Made by a program: the position numbers and the translations under genes | NCBI GenBank assembly: GCA_049325315.1 | Contig: JBMONB010000083.1 | Location: forward strand, 156,257 to 220,256 | DNA from: Bacillota bacterium | Lineage (GTDB): Bacteria > Bacillota > Sulfobacillia > Symbiobacteriales > Symbiobacteriaceae | Length of the DNA stretch: 64,000 bases | Direction of reading: 5' to 3' | The notes under the pieces: generated by a model | Told to the model about the DNA's origin: nothing | Database searches by the model: none | What the model saw: the letters and a program-made list of their open reading frames with translations, nothing else | Part shown: positions 25,140 to 33,972 of the stretch, in pieces | Position numbering within the stretch: position 1 is the first letter of the stretch | Layout: each line of letters begins with the position of its first letter

Positions 25140-26282
25140 CTACACGATGCCCTTGAGATTCAGCCAGTGGACACGGTTATAGCTCTGCTTGAACCAGTGA
25201 ATCGCCTGGGTCGGCGGGGTGACCACCGGCGGGGTGGTGTAGTCGAAGGTGATATAGGTGGCCTTGTCGAGGCCCGCCTCGATGAAGCAGAAGGCCTTGC
25301 CATGGTACTGATGCGCCGCCGACCCGCCCGTCAGGAGGCGGACCAGGTTCTCGCTGATCACCTCGGCCTCAAAGTGGGCCACAGAGCCAGCCTTGGAGAC
25401 GGGAAGGTTGGTGGCGTCGCCCACGGCGAAGATGTTCGCATAATCGCCCACCTGCAGGCTGTGCCGGTGGGTGGGCAGCCAGTTGCCGGCCTCCGCCAGC
25501 CCAGAATCCTTACCCAGCCGGTCGCCGGCGTGCGCCGGAATCGTCACCAGCAGGTCGTACTGGAAGGTGGTCCCCTCCAGCGAGCTGACCTCCCGCTTCA
25601 CCGGGTCCACCGACTCCAGGTTGAAGAAGGTCTCCAGGGTGATCGACCGCCGCTCAAACTCCTGGCTGGCCCAGTCGGCCACCGGCTCGATGGAGTGCGC
25701 CCGGTTGATGGGGAAGGTGTAGATGATCTCGGTCTTGTCACGGATTCCCCGCTCTCGGGCCCACTCATCGAACATGAGGGTGAACTCCAGGGGGGCCACG
25801 GGGCACTTGTGGGGCAGGCCGATGGCCACCACCACCCTGCCGCCCTGGAACTGCTTGAGCGCCTCCCGCAGCTTGACGGCGCCGTCGAGGGTGTAGAACC
25901 AGTGGCCGCCCTCTTTGAGCCCCGGCGTCTCGGCCAGGTTCAGGTCCGAACCGGTGGCCAGGACCAGGTAGTCGAAGGGGACCTGCCTGCCGCTCTCAGT
26001 CTGGACCGTCTGCCCCTTCGGATCAATGCGGGCGGCACGCTCCTTGATGAACTTGATCCCCGGGCTCAGCAGGTTGGGAATCTTGCGGATCAGCTCCTGC
26101 GGGCGCATCAGGTCAAAGGCCACATAGAGCAGGCCCGGCTGGTAGAGGTACTCGTCCCGGTCTCCCAGCAGGGTGACCGATACCTCCCCCCGTTCGATCT
26201 CCCGGGACAGCTGGCGGGCCACATGGTTCGCCACCATCAGCCCGCCCGTGCCGGCGCCGATGACAACCAGGTGTTTCGTCAT
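25140..26282 (-). CDS. sqr: Sulfide:quinone oxidoreductase-like FAD-dependent pyridine nucleotide-disulfide oxidoreductase
   Basis: Start at 26282 (MTKHLVVIGAGTGG) with SD GGAGGA 7 nt upstream. It has the SQR-type Cys motifs PHKCPVAPLEF and GKAFCFIEAG. Confidence 0.75.
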   Translation of the reverse strand: MTKHLVVIGAGTGGLMVANHVARQLSREIERGEVSVTLLGDRDEYLYQPGLLYVAFDLMRPQELIRKIPNLLSPGIKFIKERAARIDPKGQTVQTESGRQVPFDYLVLATGSDLNLAETPGLKEGGHWFYTLDGAVKLREALKQFQGGRVVVAIGLPHKCPVAPLEFTLMFDEWARERGIRDKTEIIYTFPINRAHSIEPVADWASQEFERRSITLETFFNLESVDPVKREVSSLEGTTFQYDLLVTIPAHAGDRLGKDSGLAEAGNWLPTHRHSLQVGDYANIFAVGDATNLPVSKAGSVAHFEAEVISENLVRLLTGGSAAHQYHGKAFCFIEAGLDKATYITFDYTTPPVVTPPTQAIHWFKQSYNRVHWLNLKGIV

Positions 26283-26326
26283 GAGCGGTTCCTCCTCTCC
26301 ACTTCTCATGCTTAGGGTAACAGGAA

Positions 26327-26342
26327 TGTGCGCCGCGTCACA
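26327..26342. promoter_or_regulatory. CRP/FNR-type palindrome TGTGC-N6-TCACA in the sqr leader region
   Basis: A 9/10 match to TGTGA-N6-TCACA, centred about 52 nt upstream of the sqr start codon. Confidence 0.4.
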
Positions 26343-26362
26343 TTCGTCGCGCGGCTTAATAA

Positions 26363-26404
26363 GGTACTATACCTCGTATGGTACCAAAGCTACCCATAGG
26401 GGTA
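26363..26404. promoter_or_regulatory. Two operator-like palindromes upstream of the sulfur operon
   Basis: GGTACTATAC-CTC-GTATGGTACC (9/10 arms, 26363-26385) and TACCC-ATAG-GGGTA (26391-26404). A minus-strand TATAGT overlaps the first palindrome. Confidence 0.5.
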
Positions 26405-26467
26405 TCTGTAAGTGATCCGAAAGTCTCTTGCGAATCGGTCTCAGCAACGGTATGAGGACACAGGAAG

Positions 26468-26491
26468 GCCCGGGGCGTGGGTGCCCCGGGC
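26468..26491 (-). terminator. Terminator-like hairpin after the HD-half gene
   Basis: A 9-bp stem GCCCGGGGC / GCCCCGGGC with a 6-nt loop. The minus-strand U-tract is poor, while the plus-strand side has TTTC. Confidence 0.45.
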
Positions 26492-26499
26492 TTTCACCT

Positions 26500-26841
26500 C
26501 TATGTGGGCTCCTGGTCGGACCAACGCTTGCCGGAGAGCTGCTCGTAGGCCTCCCGCAGCCAGGGGTGGACCACCCGCAGGCTGGCCCGCTGCTCCCACA
26601 TCCACTGCAGGTAGGCCAGAGCCGCCTGGTCCTGGAGAGAGGCATCCCGCTTCAGGGTGGTGTGGCAGCCGATGGCGCTGAGCACCGCTTCGTCCGTGAC
26701 GCCGAAGAGATCCCGGGCGACCCGGGCAGAACTGGCGGCGGTTCTCGGGCACTTATGGTGGATCAGGAAAGCCGGGACGTCACGCCCCACCTCGCCGGTG
26801 AAGCGGAACCCGGCCTCCAGTTGCTTCAGCAGATCGTGCAA
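26500..26841 (-). CDS. Small HD-superfamily-like protein resembling only the C-terminal half of YqeK-type phosphohydrolases
   Basis: TTG start with strong SD AAGGAGA 6 nt upstream. ARVARDLFGVTDEAVLSAIGCHTTLKRDASLQDQAALAY resembles the ...ILDAIRYHTSGRPGM..L..ADYIE region of YqeK. No H..HD metal motif is present. Confidence 0.55.
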   Translation of the reverse strand: MHDLLKQLEAGFRFTGEVGRDVPAFLIHHKCPRTAASSARVARDLFGVTDEAVLSAIGCHTTLKRDASLQDQAALAYLQWMWEQRASLRVVHPWLREAYEQLSGKRWSDQEPT

Positions 26842-26869
26842 AGGGATTCTCCTTCTATGATGGATGCGG

Positions 26870-28162
26870 TCAGGCCGCCTCTACGGTGCTCCCTTCTCGT
26901 ACCGGTGACGGGAAGTGGCGGGCGATCAAGAGGGCGATGGTACAGGCGATCAGCGGGTAGGCGCTCATGAAGAAGCGGAAGGCCTGGTGCGGCATGGGGC
27001 CGGGCTGGTCGCCGCTCACGTAGCCGAAGAGGAGGGGCAGCAGGCCGAAGGCCAGGCCCTGGAGGGCGCCGGAGATGCGGGTGACGAAGCCATTGACGGC
27101 GTAGTAGACGCCCTCCCGGCGGCGGCCGGTTCGCTCGGCGTCCTGGTCGATCACCCAGGCGAGGATCACCTCGCCCAGCACCAGCACCCCGCTCATGCCC
27201 AGGCCGAAGACGGCGCCGGCCACGAGACCGGTCCAGAGGTTCGTCCCCAGCGCCAGGAGCACCGAGGCGATGATCAGCACGGCGAGGCTGGCCATCCAGG
27301 CCCGCTTGCCGCCCCAGCGGCGGGAGAGCGCCGACCAGAGCCCCACCGTGGGGATGGCGATCAGGAAGACGGCGCCGAAGAGGGCGGTGGTCATGGCGAC
27401 GCTCAGCCCCAGGGTGTACTTGGCGTAGAAGGTCATGCCGGCCCCCAGGAGGCCGAAGGTGAACTGGGTCATGGTGGCGGCCAGGGCGTAGATCCAGAAG
27501 GCCCGGTCCACCAGGGTCTGCCGGAAGGCCTCCACGAAGCCCAGCGGCTCCGCCTCGCTGGCCGAGGGGTCCTCGGGGCAGCCCCGCACCGAGATCGGCA
27601 CCAGGATCGCTGAGAAGAGGGAGAAGAGGAGGACCATGCCGACCGGGCCCATCATCTCCTTGATCACCGGCACCAGGGCGATGCCGATCACCATGGCGAC
27701 CAGCTGGAAGCCGTGCTTCAGCGCCGCCGCCCCGGACCGCTCGGCGTGGCCCTTGAACAGTTCGGGGAAGAGGGAGGAGTAGTTCGTCCACATGATGGTG
27801 GCGAAGGTCTCCTGGAGGATCAGCACCCCCAGGAAGTAGGCGAAGAGGCGCATGCCGCTCTGGAAGGCGCCGGGCACCCAGAAGCCCATGATGAAGGTGA
27901 GGAGGAAGAGGGGAAGGCCGATCATCATCCACGGACGGCGACGGCCCCAGCGGGTGCGGGTCCGGTCCGACAGGTAGCCGAAGATCGGGTCGTTCGCCGC
28001 GTTCCAGATCGAGTTGATCGAGCGGGCGAGGCCGGCGGCGCCCAGGGCGAGGCCCAACTCATCGACATAGAGGAACATGATGTGGTTCTCGAAGGCCATG
28101 ACCGGAATCGAGATGCCCAGCATGCCGAGCGCGTACATCCAGGCCGTCTTCCCTCGCCTCAT
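26870..28162 (-). CDS. MFS transporter, glycoside-pentoside-hexuronide (GPH):cation symporter family
   Basis: A 430-aa, 12-TM-like protein. The N-terminal motif is NDPIFGYLSDRTRTRWGRRRPWM. Confidence 0.8.
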   Translation of the reverse strand: MRRGKTAWMYALGMLGISIPVMAFENHIMFLYVDELGLALGAAGLARSINSIWNAANDPIFGYLSDRTRTRWGRRRPWMMIGLPLFLLTFIMGFWVPGAFQSGMRLFAYFLGVLILQETFATIMWTNYSSLFPELFKGHAERSGAAALKHGFQLVAMVIGIALVPVIKEMMGPVGMVLLFSLFSAILVPISVRGCPEDPSASEAEPLGFVEAFRQTLVDRAFWIYALAATMTQFTFGLLGAGMTFYAKYTLGLSVAMTTALFGAVFLIAIPTVGLWSALSRRWGGKRAWMASLAVLIIASVLLALGTNLWTGLVAGAVFGLGMSGVLVLGEVILAWVIDQDAERTGRRREGVYYAVNGFVTRISGALQGLAFGLLPLLFGYVSGDQPGPMPHQAFRFFMSAYPLIACTIALLIARHFPSPVREGSTVEAA

Positions 28163-28163
28163 G

Positions 28164-29030
28164 CTACATGTACCTCCTCATGGCGTCGCGTACCTCCCGG
28201 TAGGTCAGGAGGGTGAACTCACCCAGGACCCGGCGGACCTCGGGGTCAAGAAGGGCGTCGAGGTCGGTCTGGCGCCCCTCCCAGTCGGGCAGCAGCCGTC
28301 CCTCATCGGTGGCGGCGGCGGCGTGGTGGATCAGGTGGTAGACCCCCGGCCCCAGCTGGCTCAGGGTGTCGATATACCAGGCGCGGCGCTCGGGCGCCTC
28401 CACCCAGTAGCCGTCCACCAGCTGCACCTTGGGCAGGGGCGATCCCTCGCAGAGGGCGATCAGCTCCTCCTGGAAGGTGGCCGGCAGCCGGTCGTAGCTC
28501 TTCCGGTCGGGGAAGAGGGCGGGCAGGCGGTACTCCATGGCCAGGTTGTGATACTCGTGGGCGATGTCGGGCCGGACGACGCCCCCCATGTGGGTGTCGA
28601 TGTGGGTCACGTCGATTCCCAGGGCGTGGGCGGCCTCGATCTGGGCCCGCATCTCCGCCAACACCTCGCCCAGGCGCATCTGCATCCAGGCCTCGGCCAC
28701 GGTGGGCGGGAAGAAGCCGAAGGGGTCCCGCAGCGACTCGCCCCCTGTGAGCGGCCTCAGCCGCGGGCTCTGCCATTCGCTGGTCAGCGTAATGTGGACC
28801 CCCAGGTCGCCCTCCCGGATCCAGGGGGCCCAGGAGCCGGGCAGCATGACCGAGGCGGTGGGCAGCCCCAGTCGCTGGTAGGCAATCCCCTGGGCGTGTG
28901 TGATGCCGAGGTCGTCTTGATGCACGATGATCGCCCGCTTGCCGTCGAGTCCCATCAGCTTCCAGAGATCCACGTGGCGCTGATACCTCCCCCAAGGGTT
29001 TTCTGAACCCATCTTTGGAAGTTCATGCAA
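28164..29030 (-). CDS. ChbG/YdjC-family carbohydrate deacetylase
   Basis: AIIVHQDDLGITHAQ and THIDTHMGG are YdjC metal-site motifs. The start is uncertain (29030, 29012 or 28955). The stop lies 1 nt before the transporter start. Confidence 0.7.
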   Translation of the reverse strand: MHELPKMGSENPWGRYQRHVDLWKLMGLDGKRAIIVHQDDLGITHAQGIAYQRLGLPTASVMLPGSWAPWIREGDLGVHITLTSEWQSPRLRPLTGGESLRDPFGFFPPTVAEAWMQMRLGEVLAEMRAQIEAAHALGIDVTHIDTHMGGVVRPDIAHEYHNLAMEYRLPALFPDRKSYDRLPATFQEELIALCEGSPLPKVQLVDGYWVEAPERRAWYIDTLSQLGPGVYHLIHHAAAATDEGRLLPDWEGRQTDLDALLDPEVRRVLGEFTLLTYREVRDAMRRYM

Positions 29031-29121
29031 TCCGTCTGAAAAACCTTCTGTGTCGGATTAATTGTACGAAGGTTTCGCATGCGGCATGAACGAACATCTT
29101 TTCACAAGGAGGGGATGTGGC

Positions 29122-30255
29122 ATGAAGCGCAAGGCGGTGATCTCAGCCGCGGCCGCCGTTGTCCTGGGTGCTGCCCTTCTGCTTGTCCTCTGGGCGATGC
29201 AGCGGCCGGCGATCAGGCCCGATCAGGTGCGGCTGGAGGCGATTCTGCACCCGCCCGGCCACGGCGAGAACCTGCTGCCGTACGGGCATGAGGCCTGGAC
29301 CCTGGAGATCATCCTCGACAAGGAGACGGAACAGCCGCTCTGGGCCGACGAATGGTCCTTTGCGGTCACCCCGGTGATCGGCGGTATCGCCACCCCCTTC
29401 TGGGACCACATGCAGGGACTCTCCACCAGCATGGGCAGCCCGCCGGCCGGCGGCGAGGGATTCGTGGTCCTGCGGGACATGACGGTGTGGGATGGGGTGG
29501 TTCGGGCTGTGGAGTCGGAGGGGCTCAACCCCGGGGCACAGCGCTGGGCTGAGGTCTGGTCCTTCCGCTACCACGGCGAAGCCTTCCCGGCCCGGATTCG
29601 CTTCTACCTGGATGGCGGTCTTCCGCCGCAGGTAGACCGGGCAGCTGTGGCCTACACCCACAAGGAGCGCCGCTGGGGCCGGGACCTGGGCTGGACCCGG
29701 CTCTTCCCGGCGACGGTGGCCGAGGGTCCGCCTGCAGCGGAGCGAGAAGGGGCACGGGTGGCGGAGGCGGTCTTCCTGGAGCCCGGGCAGATCCTCAACC
29801 GGGCGGAGGTGGGCGAAGGGCACCTGGGCGACCTGCAGTTCAGCCGGGGCCAGGTGCTGCTCTGGCGGCCCGAGCCACAGCGGCTGGCGGTGACCGCCGT
29901 CTTCCAGACAGCCGGTGGGGAGTGGAACGGCGGGGGCAGCTCCACCATCGTGGCCCTGGGGCCCCACCGCCCCATTGCCACAGCGGCGGTGGTCAACCCG
30001 GTGACAGACCGGGAGCGAAAGGTGCCGCTCTGGGCACTCTTCGGCGAGGTGGATGACCCCGAGATCACCGAGGTCTGGGTGGAGATGCCCGGCAAGGTGA
30101 GCATCACCGTGATCGCACCCGTGGTGGATGGCGCCTGGCTGGTCGCCCACCTGGGCGAGATTCCGGCGGATTCCGTATCGGTCCAGTACGCCACCGCGGC
30201 CAAGGCGGTGAAGGGCCGCGGCAGAATTCGCCTCGATCCGGTGCAGCGCCCATAG
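29122..30255 (+). CDS. Hypothetical membrane-anchored / exported protein
   Basis: ATG at 29122 with SD AAGGAGGGG upstream. N-terminal signal-anchor MKRKAVISAAAAVVLGAALLLVLWA. I recognise no domain. Confidence 0.6.
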   Translation: MKRKAVISAAAAVVLGAALLLVLWAMQRPAIRPDQVRLEAILHPPGHGENLLPYGHEAWTLEIILDKETEQPLWADEWSFAVTPVIGGIATPFWDHMQGLSTSMGSPPAGGEGFVVLRDMTVWDGVVRAVESEGLNPGAQRWAEVWSFRYHGEAFPARIRFYLDGGLPPQVDRAAVAYTHKERRWGRDLGWTRLFPATVAEGPPAAEREGARVAEAVFLEPGQILNRAEVGEGHLGDLQFSRGQVLLWRPEPQRLAVTAVFQTAGGEWNGGGSSTIVALGPHRPIATAAVVNPVTDRERKVPLWALFGEVDDPEITEVWVEMPGKVSITVIAPVVDGAWLVAHLGEIPADSVSVQYATAAKAVKGRGRIRLDPVQRP

Positions 30256-30259
30256 AGAG

Positions 30260-30284
30260 AGGGAGGGGGTGTTGGCCCCTCCCT
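30260..30284. terminator. Bidirectional terminator hairpin between convergent genes
   Basis: A 9-bp stem AGGGAGGGG / CCCCTCCCT with a 7-nt loop. Confidence 0.55.
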
Positions 30285-30290
30285 TCGCAC

Positions 30291-32342
30291 TTACCGGGCG
30301 ATATAGCGGTCGAACCAGTCGACGATGGTCTTCAGCCGGTGGACCCGCAGCCAGGGCTGCCCGGTGCGGCTCATGCCGTGGCTCGAGTCGGGATAGCGCA
30401 CGAACTCCACGGTGCGCCGCAGGAACTTCAGCGCCGTGTAAAGCTGCTCCGCCTGCTCCATGGGGCAGCGCAGGTCGTTCTCCTGATGCTCGATCAGGAG
30501 CGGGGTGTGGATCCGCTCCACGTTGGTGATCGGCGAGAACCGGTGGTAGAAGGTCATGTCCTGCCACGGGGCGGACGGGTAGTTCTCCAGGTCGGCGAAG
30601 CCGAAGTCGGAGGTGCCCACCATGGAGGCCTCGTTGACGCAGGAGCGCATGGTGACCGCCGCCTTGAACCGGTCGGTCTGGCCCAGCGCCCAGTTGACCA
30701 TGAACCCGCCGTAGGAGCCGCCGGCGATGCCGGTCCGGTCGGGGTCGAGCCAGGGGTAGCGGGTTAGGGCGGCATCGAGGCCGGCCATCACATCGAGGTA
30801 GTCGAGGTTGCCCCAGTCTTCCTTGATGCAGGCGCAGAACTTCTCGCCATAGCCCTGGGAGCCGCGGGGGTTGGTGTAGACCACGGCGTAGCACGCCGCC
30901 GCCAGGCACTGGAACTCCATGAAGAAGGTCCAGCCGTACATGCCCATGGGCCCGCCGTGAACCTCCAAAATGGCCGGGTACCGCTTCCCCTCCTCGAAGC
31001 CGGCGGGCTTCATGATCCAGCCGTCGGTCTCCTCCAGGCCGTCGGTGCCGTGGGTTTCCACGAAGGGGTTGCTGCCCCCGCCGGTCCCGAAGGCGAAGTG
31101 CTCCACCGGTGCCAGCTCGACCTCCCGCAGGAGTTCGGCGTTGGTCTCGGTCAGGCGCAGCAGGTCGGGCCCCTCCACCAGGAAGAGGTCGCTGGGCAGG
31201 TCGGGGCGGGTGATCTGCACCGCCAGCTTGCGGCAGAGGGCATCGTAGGACCAGCCGGTGATCACGTGGTCGCCGGCGGTCAGTTGTGTGAGGCTGTCAG
31301 ACTCCACGTCGACGGCGTAGAGTTGCTGGCGGCCCCGGTCGGAGCCCAGGAGCACCACGGCGCTGCCGTCGGGGGTCCAGGTCATCGCGCCGCCGCCCGG
31401 CGCCGGCATGTCGTAGATCGTCTCCGGGGCGAAGGCCCGGTCCCAGTGGGCCGCCAGCTGCCGGAAGGAGGCGCCGTCGCGCCCCACCACGTAGAGCCGG
31501 GGGGAGGAATAGCCCTGGAAGGGGCGGTTGTGGCCCACGCAGGCGATCTGGGAGCCGTCAGGCGACCAGACCGGCTCCCGCAGGCTGTACCCCTCCGGCG
31601 TGACCCGTACCGGCTCGGAGCCGGGCTGGGTCAGGTCGACCAGGTAGATGTCGGAGAGGTAGGCCTTGTAGTCATCATCCTCCCGGCGGTTGGCGGCGAC
31701 CGCCAGGGTCTGGCCATCGGGCGAGAAGGCGGGGCTGCTGTGGCTCCACCGCCCGCTGGTCACCTGGCGGGCCTGCGGCTGCTCCTCGTCGACTCCGATT
31801 ACAAAGACCTGCTGCTGCTTCTCGGGATCGAGAACGCCAACGCCATCCAGTTTATAGAATATCCGGGATATTCGCTTGACACCTTTGGTATGCTTGGTAT
31901 AGAGGTCCTGTTCCTCGTCCTTCTCATCCTCCAGTTTGGGGCCCTCGGCCTTGACGGAGGCGGTGAAGGCGATTGCCTTGCCGTCGGGCGACCAGACGGG
32001 CGGGCCGTTGACCCCGTCTTTGAAGCGGGTCAGCTGCCAGGCTTCGCCGCCCAGGGCGTTCATCACCCAGATCTGATTCTTGCCACTCCGGTTGGAGAGA
32101 AAGGCCAGCCGGGAGCCATCGGGCGACCAGCGGGGGCTCCGGTCCGACTTCTGACCGCTGGTGAAGGGAGCCGGCCGTGCGCCGGGAGATGCATCCATAA
32201 CGAAGATCTGATGCCGGGTCTCGTTCTTTTCCTTATCGATCCGGGCGACCACGTAGGCCAGCCTCTTGCCATCGGGCGAGAGCTGGGGCTCGCCCGGGAG
32301 CTGAATGGCGAGCAAGTCCTCGGGGGTGATGCGACGCGGCAA
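30291..32342 (-). CDS. S9 family serine peptidase, paralog 3
   Basis: A 683-aa ORF with SPDGKRLAY, SPDGSRLAF, GGSYGGFM and C-terminal YPDSSHGMSR. It has the same architecture as 18713..22797. Confidence 0.85.
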   Translation of the reverse strand: MPRRITPEDLLAIQLPGEPQLSPDGKRLAYVVARIDKEKNETRHQIFVMDASPGARPAPFTSGQKSDRSPRWSPDGSRLAFLSNRSGKNQIWVMNALGGEAWQLTRFKDGVNGPPVWSPDGKAIAFTASVKAEGPKLEDEKDEEQDLYTKHTKGVKRISRIFYKLDGVGVLDPEKQQQVFVIGVDEEQPQARQVTSGRWSHSSPAFSPDGQTLAVAANRREDDDYKAYLSDIYLVDLTQPGSEPVRVTPEGYSLREPVWSPDGSQIACVGHNRPFQGYSSPRLYVVGRDGASFRQLAAHWDRAFAPETIYDMPAPGGGAMTWTPDGSAVVLLGSDRGRQQLYAVDVESDSLTQLTAGDHVITGWSYDALCRKLAVQITRPDLPSDLFLVEGPDLLRLTETNAELLREVELAPVEHFAFGTGGGSNPFVETHGTDGLEETDGWIMKPAGFEEGKRYPAILEVHGGPMGMYGWTFFMEFQCLAAACYAVVYTNPRGSQGYGEKFCACIKEDWGNLDYLDVMAGLDAALTRYPWLDPDRTGIAGGSYGGFMVNWALGQTDRFKAAVTMRSCVNEASMVGTSDFGFADLENYPSAPWQDMTFYHRFSPITNVERIHTPLLIEHQENDLRCPMEQAEQLYTALKFLRRTVEFVRYPDSSHGMSRTGQPWLRVHRLKTIVDWFDRYIAR

Positions 32343-32465
32343 GGCAGGACTCTCCTTTCGGGTGGAACTGCGAACCCGATCACGGGCATGGCCCGTTGCG
32401 GTTCGGGTATCCTACCATTTGGACATGAAGGGCCGAAGGGCCTGCCGTACAGGAGGAGGAGTTGC

Positions 32466-33413
32466 ATGCTGCGCGTCGAGGAGATTCGCTCCGTTGGGGA
32501 GCGCCACTTTGCAGAGAAAAGCACCTTTCGGGAGGATATGCCCAGGTACTGGGGCCAATGGGGCGCTACCTCCGAGGTGGGCCGGCTGAGGGCGGTGCTG
32601 CTGCGCCGGCCCGGGGCCGAGATCGAGGGGGTCGATGATCCCCAAGCCCCACGCTGGCGGGCGGTGATGGACCCGCAGAAGGCGCGGGCGCAGCACGACG
32701 CCCTGGCCCAGGTCTACCGGGACCACGGCGTGGCGGTCCACTACGTGGACGAGATGCACGAGGAGCGCCCGAACGCCGTCTACTGCCGTGACCTGCTGTC
32801 GATTACCCCCGAGGGAGCGATTATCACCCGCCCCGCCATGGCCGCCCGGCGCGGCGAGGAGCGCTACGTGGCCGCGGCGGTGGCGCAGCTGGGCTGCCCG
32901 ATCGTCAAGACGATCACCGGCAGCGGCATCCACGAGGGGGCCGACCTGCTGATGATCGACCGCCACTCCGCCTTTATCGGCCGGGGCAACCGGACCAACG
33001 ACGAGGGCGTCGAGCAGGTGGTCGAGGAGCTGCGCTACCAGGGGGTCGATGACGTGACGGTGGTCCAGGTGCCGTACGGCGTCGCCCACCTCGACTGCAT
33101 GTTCGGCATGGCCTCCACCGATGTGGCGCTGGTCTTCCCCTGGCTGACGCCGTACGTGGTGGCTGAAAAGCTGATGGAAAAAGGCTTCAAGGTGATCGAG
33201 GTCCAGAACCCCACCGAGGCAAGAATCGGCTACTCGGTCAACTTCGTCGCCATCGAGCCGGGCCTGGTGGTGATGCCCGCCGGCAACCCCGAGACCCGGG
33301 AGGTGCTGGAGAAGAACGGGATCCGGTGCATCGAGGTGGAGATGGACGAGATCCTGAAGGGCATGGGCGCCGTCCACTGCTGCACGGCGGTCCTCCACCG
33401 GGAGGATGTCTAG
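32466..33413 (+). CDS. Amidinotransferase-fold enzyme (dimethylarginine dimethylaminohydrolase / arginine deiminase family)
   Basis: ATG at 32466 with SD AGGAGGAGGAG upstream. It has the C-terminal catalytic-Cys motif GMGAVHCCTAVL and HLDCMF. The upstream part of track ORF 30957..33413 is antisense junk. Confidence 0.75.
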   Translation: MLRVEEIRSVGERHFAEKSTFREDMPRYWGQWGATSEVGRLRAVLLRRPGAEIEGVDDPQAPRWRAVMDPQKARAQHDALAQVYRDHGVAVHYVDEMHEERPNAVYCRDLLSITPEGAIITRPAMAARRGEERYVAAAVAQLGCPIVKTITGSGIHEGADLLMIDRHSAFIGRGNRTNDEGVEQVVEELRYQGVDDVTVVQVPYGVAHLDCMFGMASTDVALVFPWLTPYVVAEKLMEKGFKVIEVQNPTEARIGYSVNFVAIEPGLVVMPAGNPETREVLEKNGIRCIEVEMDEILKGMGAVHCCTAVLHREDV

Positions 33414-33414
33414 C

Positions 33415-33830
33415 GCAGCATTGGCGCCAATAACTCGCCACCCGTGTCCAAGAAACCAGTTGGTGGCGGCAGGACACGGATCTCCATCCCACCACTGAGA
33501 CCCGTGTTCTGGCTGAACAAGAGTCTCAGGTGCTGACCCATGAACCAGACGGTTGCACGGCAGCAGGCCGCCACGTGCAGTTGCTGCTTGCTCCCGGCCT
33601 GGCGAAAACGCTCTGAGTTGGTGGTCATGAGGAGCCAGGATGAGGTGAAAGGCAAACAGCACAAGTTGGAGGAACGCGGCATTGGCCTCGTATTTGCGCA
33701 GCCTGGGATTCCAGGAGTGGGAGGTACCCTTCCACTCCTGGAATCCAGCCTCGATGCGCTGGCGGGCTTCATAACAAGCGATCATTCGGCTCAAAGACAT
33801 TTCCTGAGCGTTGAAGGTGGTGAGGATCAC
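33415..33830 (-). pseudogene. Remnant of a DDE transposase (IS4-superfamily-like C-terminal fragment), 5'-truncated and apparently frameshifted
   Basis: The first roughly 100 codons of track ORF 32412..33830 contain a Y-2-R-3-E-6-K signature (YEARQRIEAGFQEWK). No upstream catalytic DD region is present. A continuation appears in another frame (ORF 33410..33772). No inverted repeats were identified. Confidence 0.55.
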
Positions 33831-33972
33831 ACTACGAACCTCCCCCTTCTATCACCCAGAGACGCGTTGCCAGGGCGGCCCGAAAGCACAGGAAAAGGGG
33901 CAGCCGGAACAAAGTCCCGCTACCCGTAGTCTACGGACCCGATTTTCCCTGGAGGCTAGTCTGCCTCGATAG

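Noticed and set aside
26428-26970. A 180-aa plus-strand ORF overlapping the HD-half gene and the end of the transporter gene.
   Set aside because: The opposite-strand gene has a strong SD and family-like sequence. This ORF has G/R/P-rich composition.
29041-29075. The inverted repeat AAACCTTC-N19-GAAGGTTT, with an internal CGGATTA, in the chbG / hypothetical divergent region, read as a further copy of the 13.5-kb repeat motif.
   Set aside because: There is only a single partial heptamer match, which is expected by chance. The repeat may still be a local operator, but there is no evidence linking it to the arrays.
30957-32465. The N-terminal 500 codons of track ORF 30957..33413.
   Set aside because: This part is antisense to the S9 peptidase and has junk composition. 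Only the last 315 codons, from ATG 32466 with a strong SD, form the amidinotransferase-fold gene.
32412-33830. A 472-aa minus-strand ORF as an intact gene.
   Set aside because: Only its first roughly 100 codons look protein-like (the transposase YREK region). The rest is read-through antisense to the amidinotransferase gene.
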